A DNA stretch of 64,000 bases, taken from Basidiobolus meristosporus CBS 931.73. Lineage: Eukaryota; Fungi; Basidiobolomycota. The position numbers and the translations under genes are program-made. The notes under the pieces were generated by a model. It saw only the letters and a list, made by a program, of their open reading frames with translations. It did not search any database and was not told the DNA's origin. This document shows, in pieces, positions 27,720 to 39,124 of this stretch (positions are counted from its first letter, which is position 1; each line of letters begins with the position of its first letter). The DNA lies in the NCBI GenBank assembly GCA_002104905.1, contig MCFE01000270.1, positions 42,891 to 106,890 on the forward strand, in the 5' to 3' direction.

Positions 27720-28450
27720 GACTTGTTCCATTGGATAGTGCCACATTGAGCCATGAGTGCCAAATGATGCCATAGTGTGCCAGGGATGCCAAGTGAGCCT
27801 ACACTTAGCTACAGAGTGTGCAGCACAGCTCTGCATCTTCATGCAAAGTAGCCCCTGTGTTTCACTCATTGTGATGGAGAAAATCCATTTTTTGACCTTT
27901 TTTTTAGGTAAATGTTATACAGGATGTGCAAGTGCACAAAAGGATTAAAGATATGTATCTGGTACTCAATACCCATGGCACTCTGAATCTAGCTCCTGTG
28001 GCTTGTAACATGCCACAAAAATGCATGGCACTATCTTGGTTCACTGGTACTATCCAGCACTATAAGTGCTTTGTATTGATCTTACTTTAGGGCTAATATT
28101 TAATTAAAGTGCCGGATAGTACCAGTGGACCAAGATAGTGCCATGCATTTTTGTGACATGTTACAAGCCACAAGAGCTAGATTCAGAGTGCCATGGGTAT
28201 TGAGTACCAGATGTATATCTTCAATCCTTTAGTGCTCTTACACATCCTGCACAATATCGATCCACAAAAAAACGTCAAAAAATGGATTTTCTCCTGCATC
28301 ATAGGTGAAACACAGGGGCTGCTTTGCATGAAGATGCAGATCTATGTTTCACACTCTGTGGCCAAGTATAGGCTCACTTGGCCTCTCTGGCACACTATGG
28401 TATCATTTGGCACTCATGGCTCAATGTGGCACTATCCAACAGAACAAGTC
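27720..28450. mobile_element. Foldback/palindromic element, copy 3, with perfect 5-bp TSD TATTG
   Basis: Arms 27720-28061 and 28108-28450 are reverse complements with few, mostly transition, differences; TATTG at 27715-27719 and 28451-28455. Confidence 0.9.
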
Positions 28451-29699
28451 TATTGGCTAGGTACCAAAAAGTACTTTGCAGATATTCCAGAGGTATTTAT
28501 GGCAAAAGGGGTGGTAATTAAGCACTTGTTGGCAAGATGTATATATTACCAGCAATACTAGGAATATGGCAGCTTTCAGGTATCACTTTGAGAAGCTCTG
28601 AAGTTGAAATGATGAGAATGTGTTGATTGCAGCAGGTATGCATATATGTTGAGGTTAGTAAGCAAGAGGTCATAGTATCTTAACTCAAACTATATGTGAA
28701 ATACTCATGGTAGTGGTGTGTATGCAAATAAATTAGGGCAATTCTGCAATGGAATACATTGATGGTGCAAAGGGAGGTAGCAGAAGTAAATACCATTTGG
28801 TAAATCTGTATGGTAACATAACACAGTACTAGCTTTGGGCTGATTTTGCTGCAATTATCATGCCAACAGATGTCTGCTTCAAGGCTGTCAAAATATTGCA
28901 AAGTTTTTTCATATATTGGTATGGTTGCTAGTTTGCCTAGTCTCCTCCTGAAGAACTTGTTTGCTTACCTGTCCATCAGCTAAGAACAAAGATATTGAGA
29001 TTTGTCAATTTTGAGAAACTTGGAATTCAGCTGATACTATGATGGTATTTTGCTGGCCTTTTCTCAATTTTTTTTCTTGAGGAATAGGACCATTTGAATG
29101 CTATCCAAATCCCATTATAGGACTGCCAAAAAACTGTCAAGTTGATTTACCTCTTTAGCAGTAAAATCAGCAAAACACTTCATGATTCAATCATAAGATT
29201 GCAAAGCGGTTTAATAAATCCTAGCTGCCAGCCTTAGAATGTCCTCATGGTGGGATCTTGACAGTCAATCAAGATCAAATCCACCCACAAGGCCAAATTA
29301 TTTTTCATAGGGGTATTGGGGAAAGATTTTGAGCACACAAGTTCTAATGCATCCTGTGCTTCTCTTTGATTATATGAGCTTGAAAATATTAAATATGATT
29401 GGGGCAGGTAGACTCTGTGGTTTTCCACATGTTGACATATTGAGTGCTAAGTGGAATTTATACTTCTATACAATATTGGCAAAACAAGAACTTGGAATAT
29501 GCCAAGAAAGGTCCAAGAACATAAAAGTTAATCTAATATCTTTCATGTCCTTATTGCCTGATATTTTAGTGAATAATTCCACAAATATCCTGCCAAGAAA
29601 CTTGGCCAGAGTTCCCTAAAATCTGCATACTATTGTCTAAGTGGCCATATGATGTAAACATTTATATGCAATCACAAAATTTGCCATACCTCTGATATC

Positions 29700-29860
29700 A
29701 TGGAGAAAACTAATTGAACTCTAGAAAACCATCATGTATAGCACTTTCCATCATAGATGCAGAGTATGTAGCATCCTGCCATGCTGCATAAGTAGCAATG
29801 GGGATAAAAAAGCTCTTCAAATATTCTGACATGTGTCAAGATTCTCTTACTATTATATCT
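29700..29860 (+). pseudogene. Highly decayed Copia RNase H fragment
   Basis: Translates to remnants of SRKQ..VALST.EAEYVA (gcactttccatcatagatgcagagtatgtagca). Confidence 0.55.
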
Positions 29861-30081
29861 CAGTATAGTGATGGATGTGAGTAATCCGCTAGAAGTTCAT
29901 CTTTTTATGCCAGTACTTTGCACAGTGATATTAAGTCTGATTTCATACATGAGCCACAAGCTGTCACTCTCTGTAATGTGTACTATTGCTATCACTGGAA
30001 TTTGTCCTTATGCTGAAGAGTTGGAGGGATCTTGTTGTAAGAGTTTTGGAGATATAGGAAGTGATTTAGAGGACAAGTAGA

Positions 30082-32319
30082 TGCTGTAAGAGTCTTGGAG
30101 ATATTGGAAGTGATTGGGAGAACAAGTAGATTATGTGGTTTTCACTTAATGATTCATTGAATGTAAAAGTAGTATTTATACTTTTACCTGGTCTTGGCAT
30201 TACAAACACATAGAATAGGCTAAGGAAGGTCCCAAGAATATGTGTGCAAAGCTTGGGGCTGTTTGGACAACTTTGAGAATTTTCATGTTCTGGGTACCTG
30301 GTATTTTGGTGAAAATATTCTAAGTAAATCCCAACAAGGAATTTGGTCAGTATTCTCTAGGATTTGAAGGTAATGATATAAGTGACTAAGTTAGGTGAAT
30401 ATTTAGGTGGAAATACAAATTTTTTGCAACACTCCCACTCAGCTAAATGTTCATACTGACTAGTCCTAATTTTGACCTAAGATATTCAAACTTGTCTCTA
30501 GCTAATGGTTTGGTAAATATGTCTGCAATCATTTCATCTGTAGGACAGTAAACTAAGCTAACTAAGTTATTCTCTATAGCTTCACGTATGAAATGATGTC
30601 TAATATCTATATGCTTGGTTCTAGCATGAAAAGTTGGATTTCTACCTAATTGTATACATCCTTGATTATCTTGAAATAAAGTAATAGGCGTTTTTTGACA
30701 TAGGCCTAAATCTGTAAGCAGCTTTCTTAACCACATTGCTTCTTTTGTAGCTTCACAGGCTGCCATATACTCTGCCTCTGTGGTGGAAAGTGCTACAGTT
30801 GGTTGCTTTCTTGAATTCCATGAAATTGCTCCTTTATAGTAAAGAAAGGTGCATCCTGTGGTGGATCTTCTGTCTTCTAAATTTTGTCCCCAATCTGCAT
30901 CAGAGTATCCCACAAGATCTTGTTCTGAGTCCTTATAGGTGTATCTTAAGCAAATATCAGCAGTTCCTTTTAGGTATCTAAAAATCCGCTTAACTACTGC
31001 AATGTCATCAGATCCATAGTTCTGATTATGTTGGCTGACAACTCCCACTGAATATGAGATATCTGGACGTGTTCCAAGCATGATATACATCAGACTGCCA
31101 ACCATAGATTGATAAGGAAAGTCAGGGCTTTCAGATGGCACCAAGCTCTCTTGATTTGGTTGAGTTTTGACCAAGTTAAGGTTTGTCTCCATTGGGGTAG
31201 CTGCCGGTTTACAGTCTTCCATTTTGTACTTCTTTAGTATAGCTGGAATATACTTGGATTGGCTAAGGGTAATAGTCTGGGTACTTCTGTCTATGGAGAA
31301 CTTAATCCCTAAGTAGTTACTAAGTTCTCCTAGATCGGACATCTTGAACTCCTTAGATAGGCTGGATTTAGTCTCTTCCAATGTTTCTAGGTTATTGGCG
31401 GCTATAATAAGATCATCCACATATAGAGCTAATAGAACTGGATTTGCTCTATCTGGCTTATAGTATATACTATAGTCAGCATTACTTCTTTTGAAACTCA
31501 AAGATTCCAAATAAGAATCTATCTTGCAATTCCAGGCTCTTGGTGATTGTTTGAGACCATATAGTGACTTTTTAAGCTTGCAGACCAAATGGGGGTTATC
31601 TTGGTCAATAAACCCATCAGGCTGGTCCATATACACATCCTCATCAAGTTCTCCATTCAACAATGCAGTTCTTACATCCATATGATGAATAAAAAACTTA
31701 TATTTGGCTGCAATTGCCAATATTAATCTGATGGAATTAAACTTGGCTACTGGTGCAAAGGTCTCTGTGTAGTCAAGTCCTTTTGTTTGAGAGTATCCTT
31801 TGGCTACAAGTCTTGCTTTGTATCTCTCAATTGTACCATCAGCCTTGTATTTTGTCTTGAAGACCCATCTGCATCCAATTAATTTTTGGTTGATTGGTAA
31901 TTTGACCAAGTCCCAAGTTTGATTTTCCATCAGGGCCTGATATTCCTCAGTCATTGCAGATCTCCAAAACTTTGTCTGAGGGCTATTTAGGGTCTCTTTT
32001 ACAGTCTGGGGTTCATCAATATGGACTGAAAAGGCATAGGCTAAGTTTGTACCCTCATTTATATAATAATTTGGCCTATTTCTTGTCCAATTGGATCTCT
32101 GAGCATTTGATACTGGAATGATCACTTCTGGGATATTCCTGGGCACTGATTCTGGCTGAACCACAGTTGTAGAGTCCTCTGGAGTGTAAAAATTTTCATT
32201 GTTTTGCTCTGATTCAATTCTGACAATTGATGGACTTGAGATCAAATTTTTGTCATCATCTGATGTCATTTTTTGTGAAAATTCTGAATTTTCATCAAAC
32301 AACACATCCCTGGACTTCA
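30082..32319 (-). mobile_element. Copia family B, 3' half with LTR 30082-30431; 5' truncated
   Basis: PPT complement ctcccactcagc at 30432-30443; truncated just upstream of SRDVLFDE; a ~49-bp duplicate of the LTR end at 30033-30081. Confidence 0.9.
30443..32305 (-). CDS. Copia-B pol fragment: uninterrupted RT + RNase H (620 aa)
   Basis: YKARLVAKGY, LKKSLYGLKQSPRAW, LYVDDL, GYSDADW, STTEAEY, KHIDIRHHFIRE, ADIFTK all in one frame. Confidence 0.9.
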   Translation of the reverse strand: MLFDENSEFSQKMTSDDDKNLISSPSIVRIESEQNNENFYTPEDSTTVVQPESVPRNIPEVIIPVSNAQRSNWTRNRPNYYINEGTNLAYAFSVHIDEPQTVKETLNSPQTKFWRSAMTEEYQALMENQTWDLVKLPINQKLIGCRWVFKTKYKADGTIERYKARLVAKGYSQTKGLDYTETFAPVAKFNSIRLILAIAAKYKFFIHHMDVRTALLNGELDEDVYMDQPDGFIDQDNPHLVCKLKKSLYGLKQSPRAWNCKIDSYLESLSFKRSNADYSIYYKPDRANPVLLALYVDDLIIAANNLETLEETKSSLSKEFKMSDLGELSNYLGIKFSIDRSTQTITLSQSKYIPAILKKYKMEDCKPAATPMETNLNLVKTQPNQESLVPSESPDFPYQSMVGSLMYIMLGTRPDISYSVGVVSQHNQNYGSDDIAVVKRIFRYLKGTADICLRYTYKDSEQDLVGYSDADWGQNLEDRRSTTGCTFLYYKGAISWNSRKQPTVALSTTEAEYMAACEATKEAMWLRKLLTDLGLCQKTPITLFQDNQGCIQLGRNPTFHARTKHIDIRHHFIREAIENNLVSLVYCPTDEMIADIFTKPLARDKFEYLRSKLGLVSMNI

Positions 32320-33540
32320 GTTACATTGGAAAATGGCTCAACTCTTGGCTGTGACATTGAGCTTCCTGAGTTCCTTCTTTGCAGCAAAGATACTGCTTTC
32401 TTGACCTGGCATATTGATTGCTCTACATGTATTATCTACTCATCCTGTTTCTGGACTATTTCCTGATTTCTCTGGGCCATTGCATCTATCCTATCAGCCA
32501 CTGCACCTAACTGCTTCATTAATGCTTTGGTTTGAGCTGACAACATACTTGCTAATATGGGTGGTGGGGATGTTGTGATGGCCACTTGCTCATCTTCAAC
32601 TGGAGGTACTGTGTTTGCTACACTCTGATCTGCCTGAGCATAATGGTCAGCTTGCAGCTTTGCAGAGGTTCTCAATTGCCTACCTGACCAAGAGCCTGAG
32701 GAGGCTGCATTATTACCTTCAGTGGACACAATGTTAATATGGCTTTTTTTGGATGTAGCCCTGCTTGTTGCACTGAATGTCAAAGCAAGCTGTTGTCCAA
32801 CCATTCTTCTGCTACCATCAGTGGTGGGGTTTGGTTGAGAACCAGATGACTTTGCTATTTTTTTGGTGGCATATATATGGAAGTGAGTCAAGCCAAAGGG
32901 GAAATAGTGTTACATATACATGTGTATGTGGAGTCACAACTTTATTTATAATGCTTACTATGGTGGGTCATCTTTATATCTTACATTCATGTAGGTGCAA
33001 TATCTCAAATACAAGACTCTCTTAAACTCACATGAGTATTGACCAAAAAGTGATACAATAGTGTTACATTGCTGAAGGTCAAACTGTTTGCCCCATGGAC
33101 AAGACTACTTTGATTCAACACCGTAAGAGAAGAGAAAAAAGACCATGTGACTATTGTAGAAAGCCTCTCAGCCATGAAGCACACTGAGAGCATAAGAAGT
33201 ATTACAAGGATCATGGCCAGTGTTTTGCCACACAAGTCATATTTGGCCATTCATCAGTCACTACTGTACCAACATTATCTTGTTAGCCAGTTGAGACTTC
33301 TATATTAGCACCTGGCGGTCTTTGTAACCTTGCGCAAACTGAGTCAGGTGAGTTTGTGATGCTTTTAGGCTCACCTCAGCCTTCTGAATATGCCATGCAG
33401 AGTGATAGCTCTGACAAAGAAGACTCACTGATGGATTGTGAGCCTATCTCCCCTAAAATCAGTACCAGCCATGAGCCTGGTCAAATCCCAATATGTAATG
33501 CAACAGCACCAGCTGAAACAAATGCCAAGGATACTTTACT
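32320..33540 (-). repeat. Repeat X fragment
   Basis: Reverse complement of about 18590-19800. Confidence 0.8.
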
Positions 33541-34074
33541 AAGCACATAGATGTTAGACATCATTTCATACATGGAGCTATAGAGAATAACTTAGTTAGC
33601 TTAGTTTACTGTCCTTTGGATGATATATTTGCAGACATATTCACCAAACCATTAGCTAGAGACAAGTTTGAATATTTTAGGTCAAAATTAGGACTAGTCA
33701 GTATGAGCATTTAGCTGAGTGGGAGTGTTGTAAAAATCTGTAGTTCCACCTGAATATTCACCCAACTTAGTCACTTAAATCATCACCTTCAAATCCTAGA
33801 GAATACTGACCAAACACCTTATTGGGATTTACTTGGAATATTAACACTTAAATGTCAGGTACCCAGAACATGAGAATTCTCAAAGTTGTCCAAACAGCCC
33901 CAAACTTTGCACACATGGTTTTGGGACCTTTCTAAGTCTATTTTATGTGTTTGCTATGCCAAGATTATGTCAAAGCATAAATACCACTTTTACATTCAAC
34001 AAATCATTAAGTGAAAACCACATAATCTACTTGTTCTCCCAATCACTTCCAATATCTCCAAGACTCTTACAACA
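33541..34074 (+). mobile_element. Copia-B 3' end (RNase H tail, PPT, LTR 33726-34074), inverted relative to 30082-30615
   Basis: gctgagtgggag PPT followed by TGTTG...CAACA; reverse-complement match to the left copy. Confidence 0.85.
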
Positions 34075-35252
34075 GTAGCAACCTTAAATATCTCACAATA
34101 TAACCAAGCCAAATTAATTTAAATAGCAAGTTATTTTGTTAAGTCCATGTAAAAGTGTAAATGCCACTCTTCCATACATTAACTCATTAGGCAAAAGCCA
34201 TCAGATACTTGTTCTCCTAAAAACATTCAATAGCCTTAACAAAATCAAAGCTAAGTGGAAGTGGATGGGTCTTGTAGACAAAATACAAGAACTATGTCAC
34301 AATTGGAAGATACAAAGTAAAGCTTGTAGCCATTGAACACTACAAAACAAGTAAGGTGGGCTGCACTGATGCTTCTACACCAGTAGCAAAGCTCATTAAC
34401 ATTAGATCAATAATGATTATAATGGCCAAATATTTGTTCTCACACATCATTGGACATTAAAGCTGTATTTTGGAATTGAGAACTGGATGGAGTTATGTAA
34501 ATGGACCATACTGATGGATTTGCTGGCCAAGATAGCCCTTGCTTGGAATGCAAGCTAAAAGGTCTTGGAATGCCCTTGAGCAATCATTTGGAGCTTAGAA
34601 TTGCAAGATAGGATATTCAGGTGTAGATACCACAATTACAACATCACATCAGTCTTGTCATATGATCCACACACTGAAAGCCTTTTGATTGTAGGAAGTA
34701 AGGTCACTGAGGGGGCAATAGTGCAAAGGGACATTAGATAGAAATCCAAGTAAGAGAGCACACCACCTGGATCTTGGAGAGATACTTCATGATATTGGGA
34801 AGAGTGAACCCAACTTCAAAGGTATAGTGAGAGTGCTCAGTTAGCAGAACCGGTCTGATCTCAATTGCATCTAGTGCCCAGCAAATGCCCGTATACCCCT
34901 TCCTTGTTGGGATCCAATCCAAATGCATACACCACACCCTTTGATTCATGCGATGTTGGAAGGATGCATCAATCAAACCTTGGAATCATTTTATGTTGCC
35001 GTTGATACGACCCAAACAAATGACCGCTACTTGACTGTTGTGTGATCTCCATATTACGATTTCTTCTTTTCCGCTACAAGCTAGGCGTTGACGGGAAAAA
35101 ACCTGGGAAACGTGTGGCCAACATCTCCCAAACATCACTTTATTGAACGAATAGAATACATGGTATTGTGGGGGGGGGGATAAATCAGGTTCATAGGATC
35201 CTCCAGAAGAACCCCACTGGACATTTGGAATTCTCCCTCAACCGGAACATCG

Positions 35253-36333
35253 TCAAGCAGTCTGGAACTCGCCGAAGTCCGAGGATACACTTTGAGGTCT
35301 TGGGGACCCACGGCGCTTTCGGTTACCGGCGGGTGGGGGCGGAGGCGGTAACAATGGCATCACTAACAACAACGGGAAAGCGAGGAGTGAATGAGTGATT
35401 AATAACGCCAAACTATGGAATACAAAGGGGTACCTCCTTCGGTCGAGGTGACATCGGCATGTCGCGGTTTCGAATCCCCAGAGTTCCCGATCTAACTACC
35501 GGTTAGCTGAGACCTCGAAAAGAGACGGGACTGAAAAGTTACCTTGCCGATCTTAAGACTTAGCATCTCCCCGTCCTTGAGAGAATAGTCATGTTTGGGA
35601 TCATTGCTGAGGCTGGCATCCTGGGTGGAGGTGCTACATTCGGCGATCTCCTTCTCGGTCTTGAGACGACTGAAAGAATCGGATGAATACGACAACGAAC
35701 CGGAGTGAGTGGGGCTGTATAGTTAGTGTAGATACCGAGAGAAATCCTGCAACGCTACGTTGAAGTCGAACGCTTCGCTTCGTTCGAGGAAACCCATCCC
35801 TACAAAGGCATGTCGACCTGGGGACCAATTAGTAACCAAGAAAACCCTCACCTCCCGGTTCGTAACGCTTACCATTATCCTCGATCCTCAACACGAAATA
35901 CCGACTTGAGTCCAGCACCGGCTCCACACTGTTGTTTTCTGGAGTGTACGGGCAAACCGCAAACAACTCCCCTAAAGGTACATGAGTTTAGATGGAAAGG
36001 CGGTTGAGCAAGAAGGGGTCATTAGCTCCAACCAGTGTTCTCATCTTCAAGACGAATGTCGCATTTCTCTCCGGTAGCGACCACCCGCAACCTTCCCTTC
36101 CACAGAAAACTCTCCACGTTCCAGTCTTGGGCCCTGTGTACGTCCTATCAGACGGCAACTCAGGGTGTGAGAGGGGTGAAGCACTTACTTGTATCCAGCA
36201 TTTCGCATCCGCGGGGGGATTCGATAGACTACAGGTAGGGGACGGGTAAGAAACACATCTGCTGATGGAAGTAACTTAAACAGGTACCGTAGCATTCCCG
36301 AATAACTGCTAATACCGATTCATAATCGTCCAT
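35253..36333 (-). CDS. NECAP: Adaptin ear-binding coat-associated protein (NECAP family), multi-exon; not captured as one ORF in the track
   Basis: Manually spliced exons give MDDYESVL..ECYVYRIPP, WKGRLRV, GELFAVCPY, VLDSSRYFVLRIED, AFVGMGF.ERSEAFDFNVALQD, DYSLKDGEMLSLKIG, ending DFGEFQTA*; GT-AG introns. Confidence 0.9.
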
Positions 36334-36800
36334 TATCCTGAAAGTGTGCGTGTAGCGTAAGTATCCTTGTCAAGTAGCGTGCAGGCCAGGGAGGCTGGTG
36401 AAATTGTAACTATATGCTAAGGTCAACTAGGGATTCTCTGGGAACCCACGGTTTATAGCACTCCAATGATTCACCATCACCGTCAATGTGGGTGAAAATT
36501 CACTGATGCACTCACAACCCGCGGAATAAATTAAGCGCTGGCTAATCGGGCGCATATCTGCGAAACCCATGTTCCATCACTTCAGCATTTGATTTGCAGC
36601 GAGTTCCAGCTAAAGATATTCACTTTCGTTTATTCCAACGCCTCTGCCTCAGGCTAACAAGGGCTGTCTACAGACAAAAATGGTTTTACGGTCCTGAACA
36701 GCGCATGCATCAACAGACTTGGTGCTGCCAGTTTGGAAACCTCAGCCTTCACTCATGATTGGCACGCCTCTTGCCAAGTGAAAAGGAGAGTGTCTACGTG

Positions 36801-38325
36801 CTAAAGATTTTTTACCGTGGAAGGCAGATTGTTGATGGGAGTGGGGATGTATCTTACGTCTTGGCGTATCCCCTCAAACAGCCTGGTTGAGAGTGGGCAG
36901 ATATGGGCCCACTGATTAGCATCCGGTATTCTGGGATCTGACTGCTCACCAGAGTTGTAGGGAGAGGGATATTTTTCCCCCATCTGTATCAGAAGCTTGA
37001 TGGTTGATTCCACATTCTCCAGAGAAACCGGGGAGGTGTAGTTCATCTGGTGAAGCTTTTGCAGCAACGCGGCGTTCGTCTGCTCGTATCTTCTGGTTTT
37101 CACAATATCCATGCGACGCTGTTCCAGCCACTCGTTCTCCAAGGCCTTGGGGATGCGTAGATTGTGCTGATCGGTTCGATCCAATGCCGATACTCCTTTA
37201 AATATCTCGGCGTAATCCGGGTTTTGTAGCAATTGGACTTTGTTCAGCGGGATGATCGGCTGCGAGAACGGAGCCCGTATGAAGTCACCTGGACTATCGG
37301 TGTAGGTGTAACAGAGACCTGGGGCTGAAATATCCATCACCGAACTAACCGGAACGTTGAACGGCACAAGGTTGTCGCACAACGTGGCCGAAGCGTTGGG
37401 AGAGACCTCCTCGGAGCTGTTACCGGAACGAACGATACCGCCGTAGCCGTACTGAACCTCCGGATGGAGCTTCTGCCATCTGTACCAGATCTTGTCTATG
37501 TACGCGTGGTGGATCCAGAACAGCGGGCTGCGTCAAAAAACCCGATTAAAATCGTTCGAGCGATGCCATTGAAACGGCCATGGTGACCACTTACTCATTC
37601 GGACTGTATAGCTCACCCATGTCCCCGCCGATGGCTCGATGAACATTGTTGTGGGGCCCGTACTCCATGATGTCGTGGAATTGAAGGTAGTCCGCCGCAA
37701 CGTCGATGAAGTTATTCAATGATTCGGGCGAATAGACCGAAGCCATCTTGTCCCCCCCGTTGAATATTCTTTTCAGACAGCCTCTTGGAATTTCGTTCAT
37801 CCATCCCGCAAACCGCCCTCTCAGCACGCAATTCTCCGGGCCCATCCCGTTGCCTCCGCTCTGTTGCATAGCAAAATGGTCCTCTGGTGATTGGGAGTCA
37901 ATCGACCAGTCCTGTGGAGAGCTCGATGAACACCACGTTTGTATCTAGATGGCTAATCTGGCACTTACCCAGTACGGGAGAACCACGTTTGGATCGATCT
38001 CCTGAAGTCTACGCTCGAAGATTCTGAGGTAGTACCTGTGCCAAGGGAAGAAGGTGGGTGTCTGATGGGCCCAGATATCATAATCCTTGTGCAGAGGCAC
38101 GAGGTAAGTATGAAGGCCAGTATCGTGAAGCTTTTGGAAAGCGTTTACGAAGCCATCCCACTCTCGTTGAGACATCTGACGAACCTCCTTGCGGATGGAG
38201 ATCTTGGTGCACGATGTGGGAAGCCCCTGTGGACCGCTGAAGCCGCTGTACTCCACATCACCACTTACCTCGTAACCAATTACTAAGGCACACAGTGTCC
38301 AGCTCAGTCGAACGCTTATCTTCAT
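36801..38325 (-). CDS. Secreted tyrosinase / type-3 di-copper protein, multi-exon
   Basis: Hydrophobic N-terminus MKISVRLSWTLCALVIG; RKEVRQMS; CuA region H..AHQTPTFFPWHR; CuB region HNNVH..IGGDM and SPNDPLFWIHHAYIDKIW. Confidence 0.9.
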
Positions 38326-39124
38326 TGATTTATTACTAAATGCTCGAGCGTAAGAGATATTGGCCTGAGCAGGACACGGGAAGAGACAAAGGTGAAAGCT
38401 GGCAAAGGAACCTTCCATCCGGATAGGATTGCTCTTATAACTGAGCAATATCTTGTGGATCGACAGCGACTGAGATTCGATCCTGTAACTGGAACTGATT
38501 AGCATGCATATCACGCAGACGCTTGGAGACCATCAATTTCAAGCAATACCACAGCGGCATCTATTTGGGAATCTGTGTTTCAGCTACCAACAGTGTTTGT
38601 GTTAAACTAGGAGGCGCTTCGGCATCTGCTCGCAAATGACGGATCCAACAGCACCTCGTATGAACGAGGGTGATTTGGGCATTCCTCAGCGTAAGCGGGA
38701 TTAGCCCGTTGAATTGGATCCCGCCATGCTGCAGCTACGCAAGGCATCTCCGATATGAAATCAGTGGCAGAATCGGATTGATATGCATGGACGATAGAAG
38801 GTTGATACGTTTCATCGCTTCTGGTGTGTTTGACGTTTTTTCTCGTGTGAGAACGGCTTCATATATGCAGTCCACCAATCCCATCTCCCCTGACGGAACG
38901 TCAAACGCTCATGTAGCATGTGGCGATCGTGGCCCCTTAAAGACACTCGTCGATTGGCCTGAATTGTGTGCGCTTGGGGCGGTTTTGAATGTATGTGAGC
39001 CTACTATATACCTGCTCTGCGCAATAGGCGCAACGGCAACATAGCATTGGATAAAAGGACATATGGCATAGGATATGAACTTTATTTCACTACAAGATCG
39101 ATGTACATGCTTAGAAACGGTCAC

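Noticed and set aside
621-28450. CRISPR-like array or structural RNA gene among the repeated palindromes
   Set aside because: The copies are dispersed, have TSDs and no spacer periodicity. No tRNA or rRNA signature was recognised anywhere in the window.
1-34850. Classical ascomycete RIP (CpA to TpA)
   Set aside because: CpA and TpG are abundant; the depleted dinucleotide is CpG.
38670-39044. 124-aa ORF between the tyrosinase and PMT genes
   Set aside because: GTG start, no motif, no splice support.
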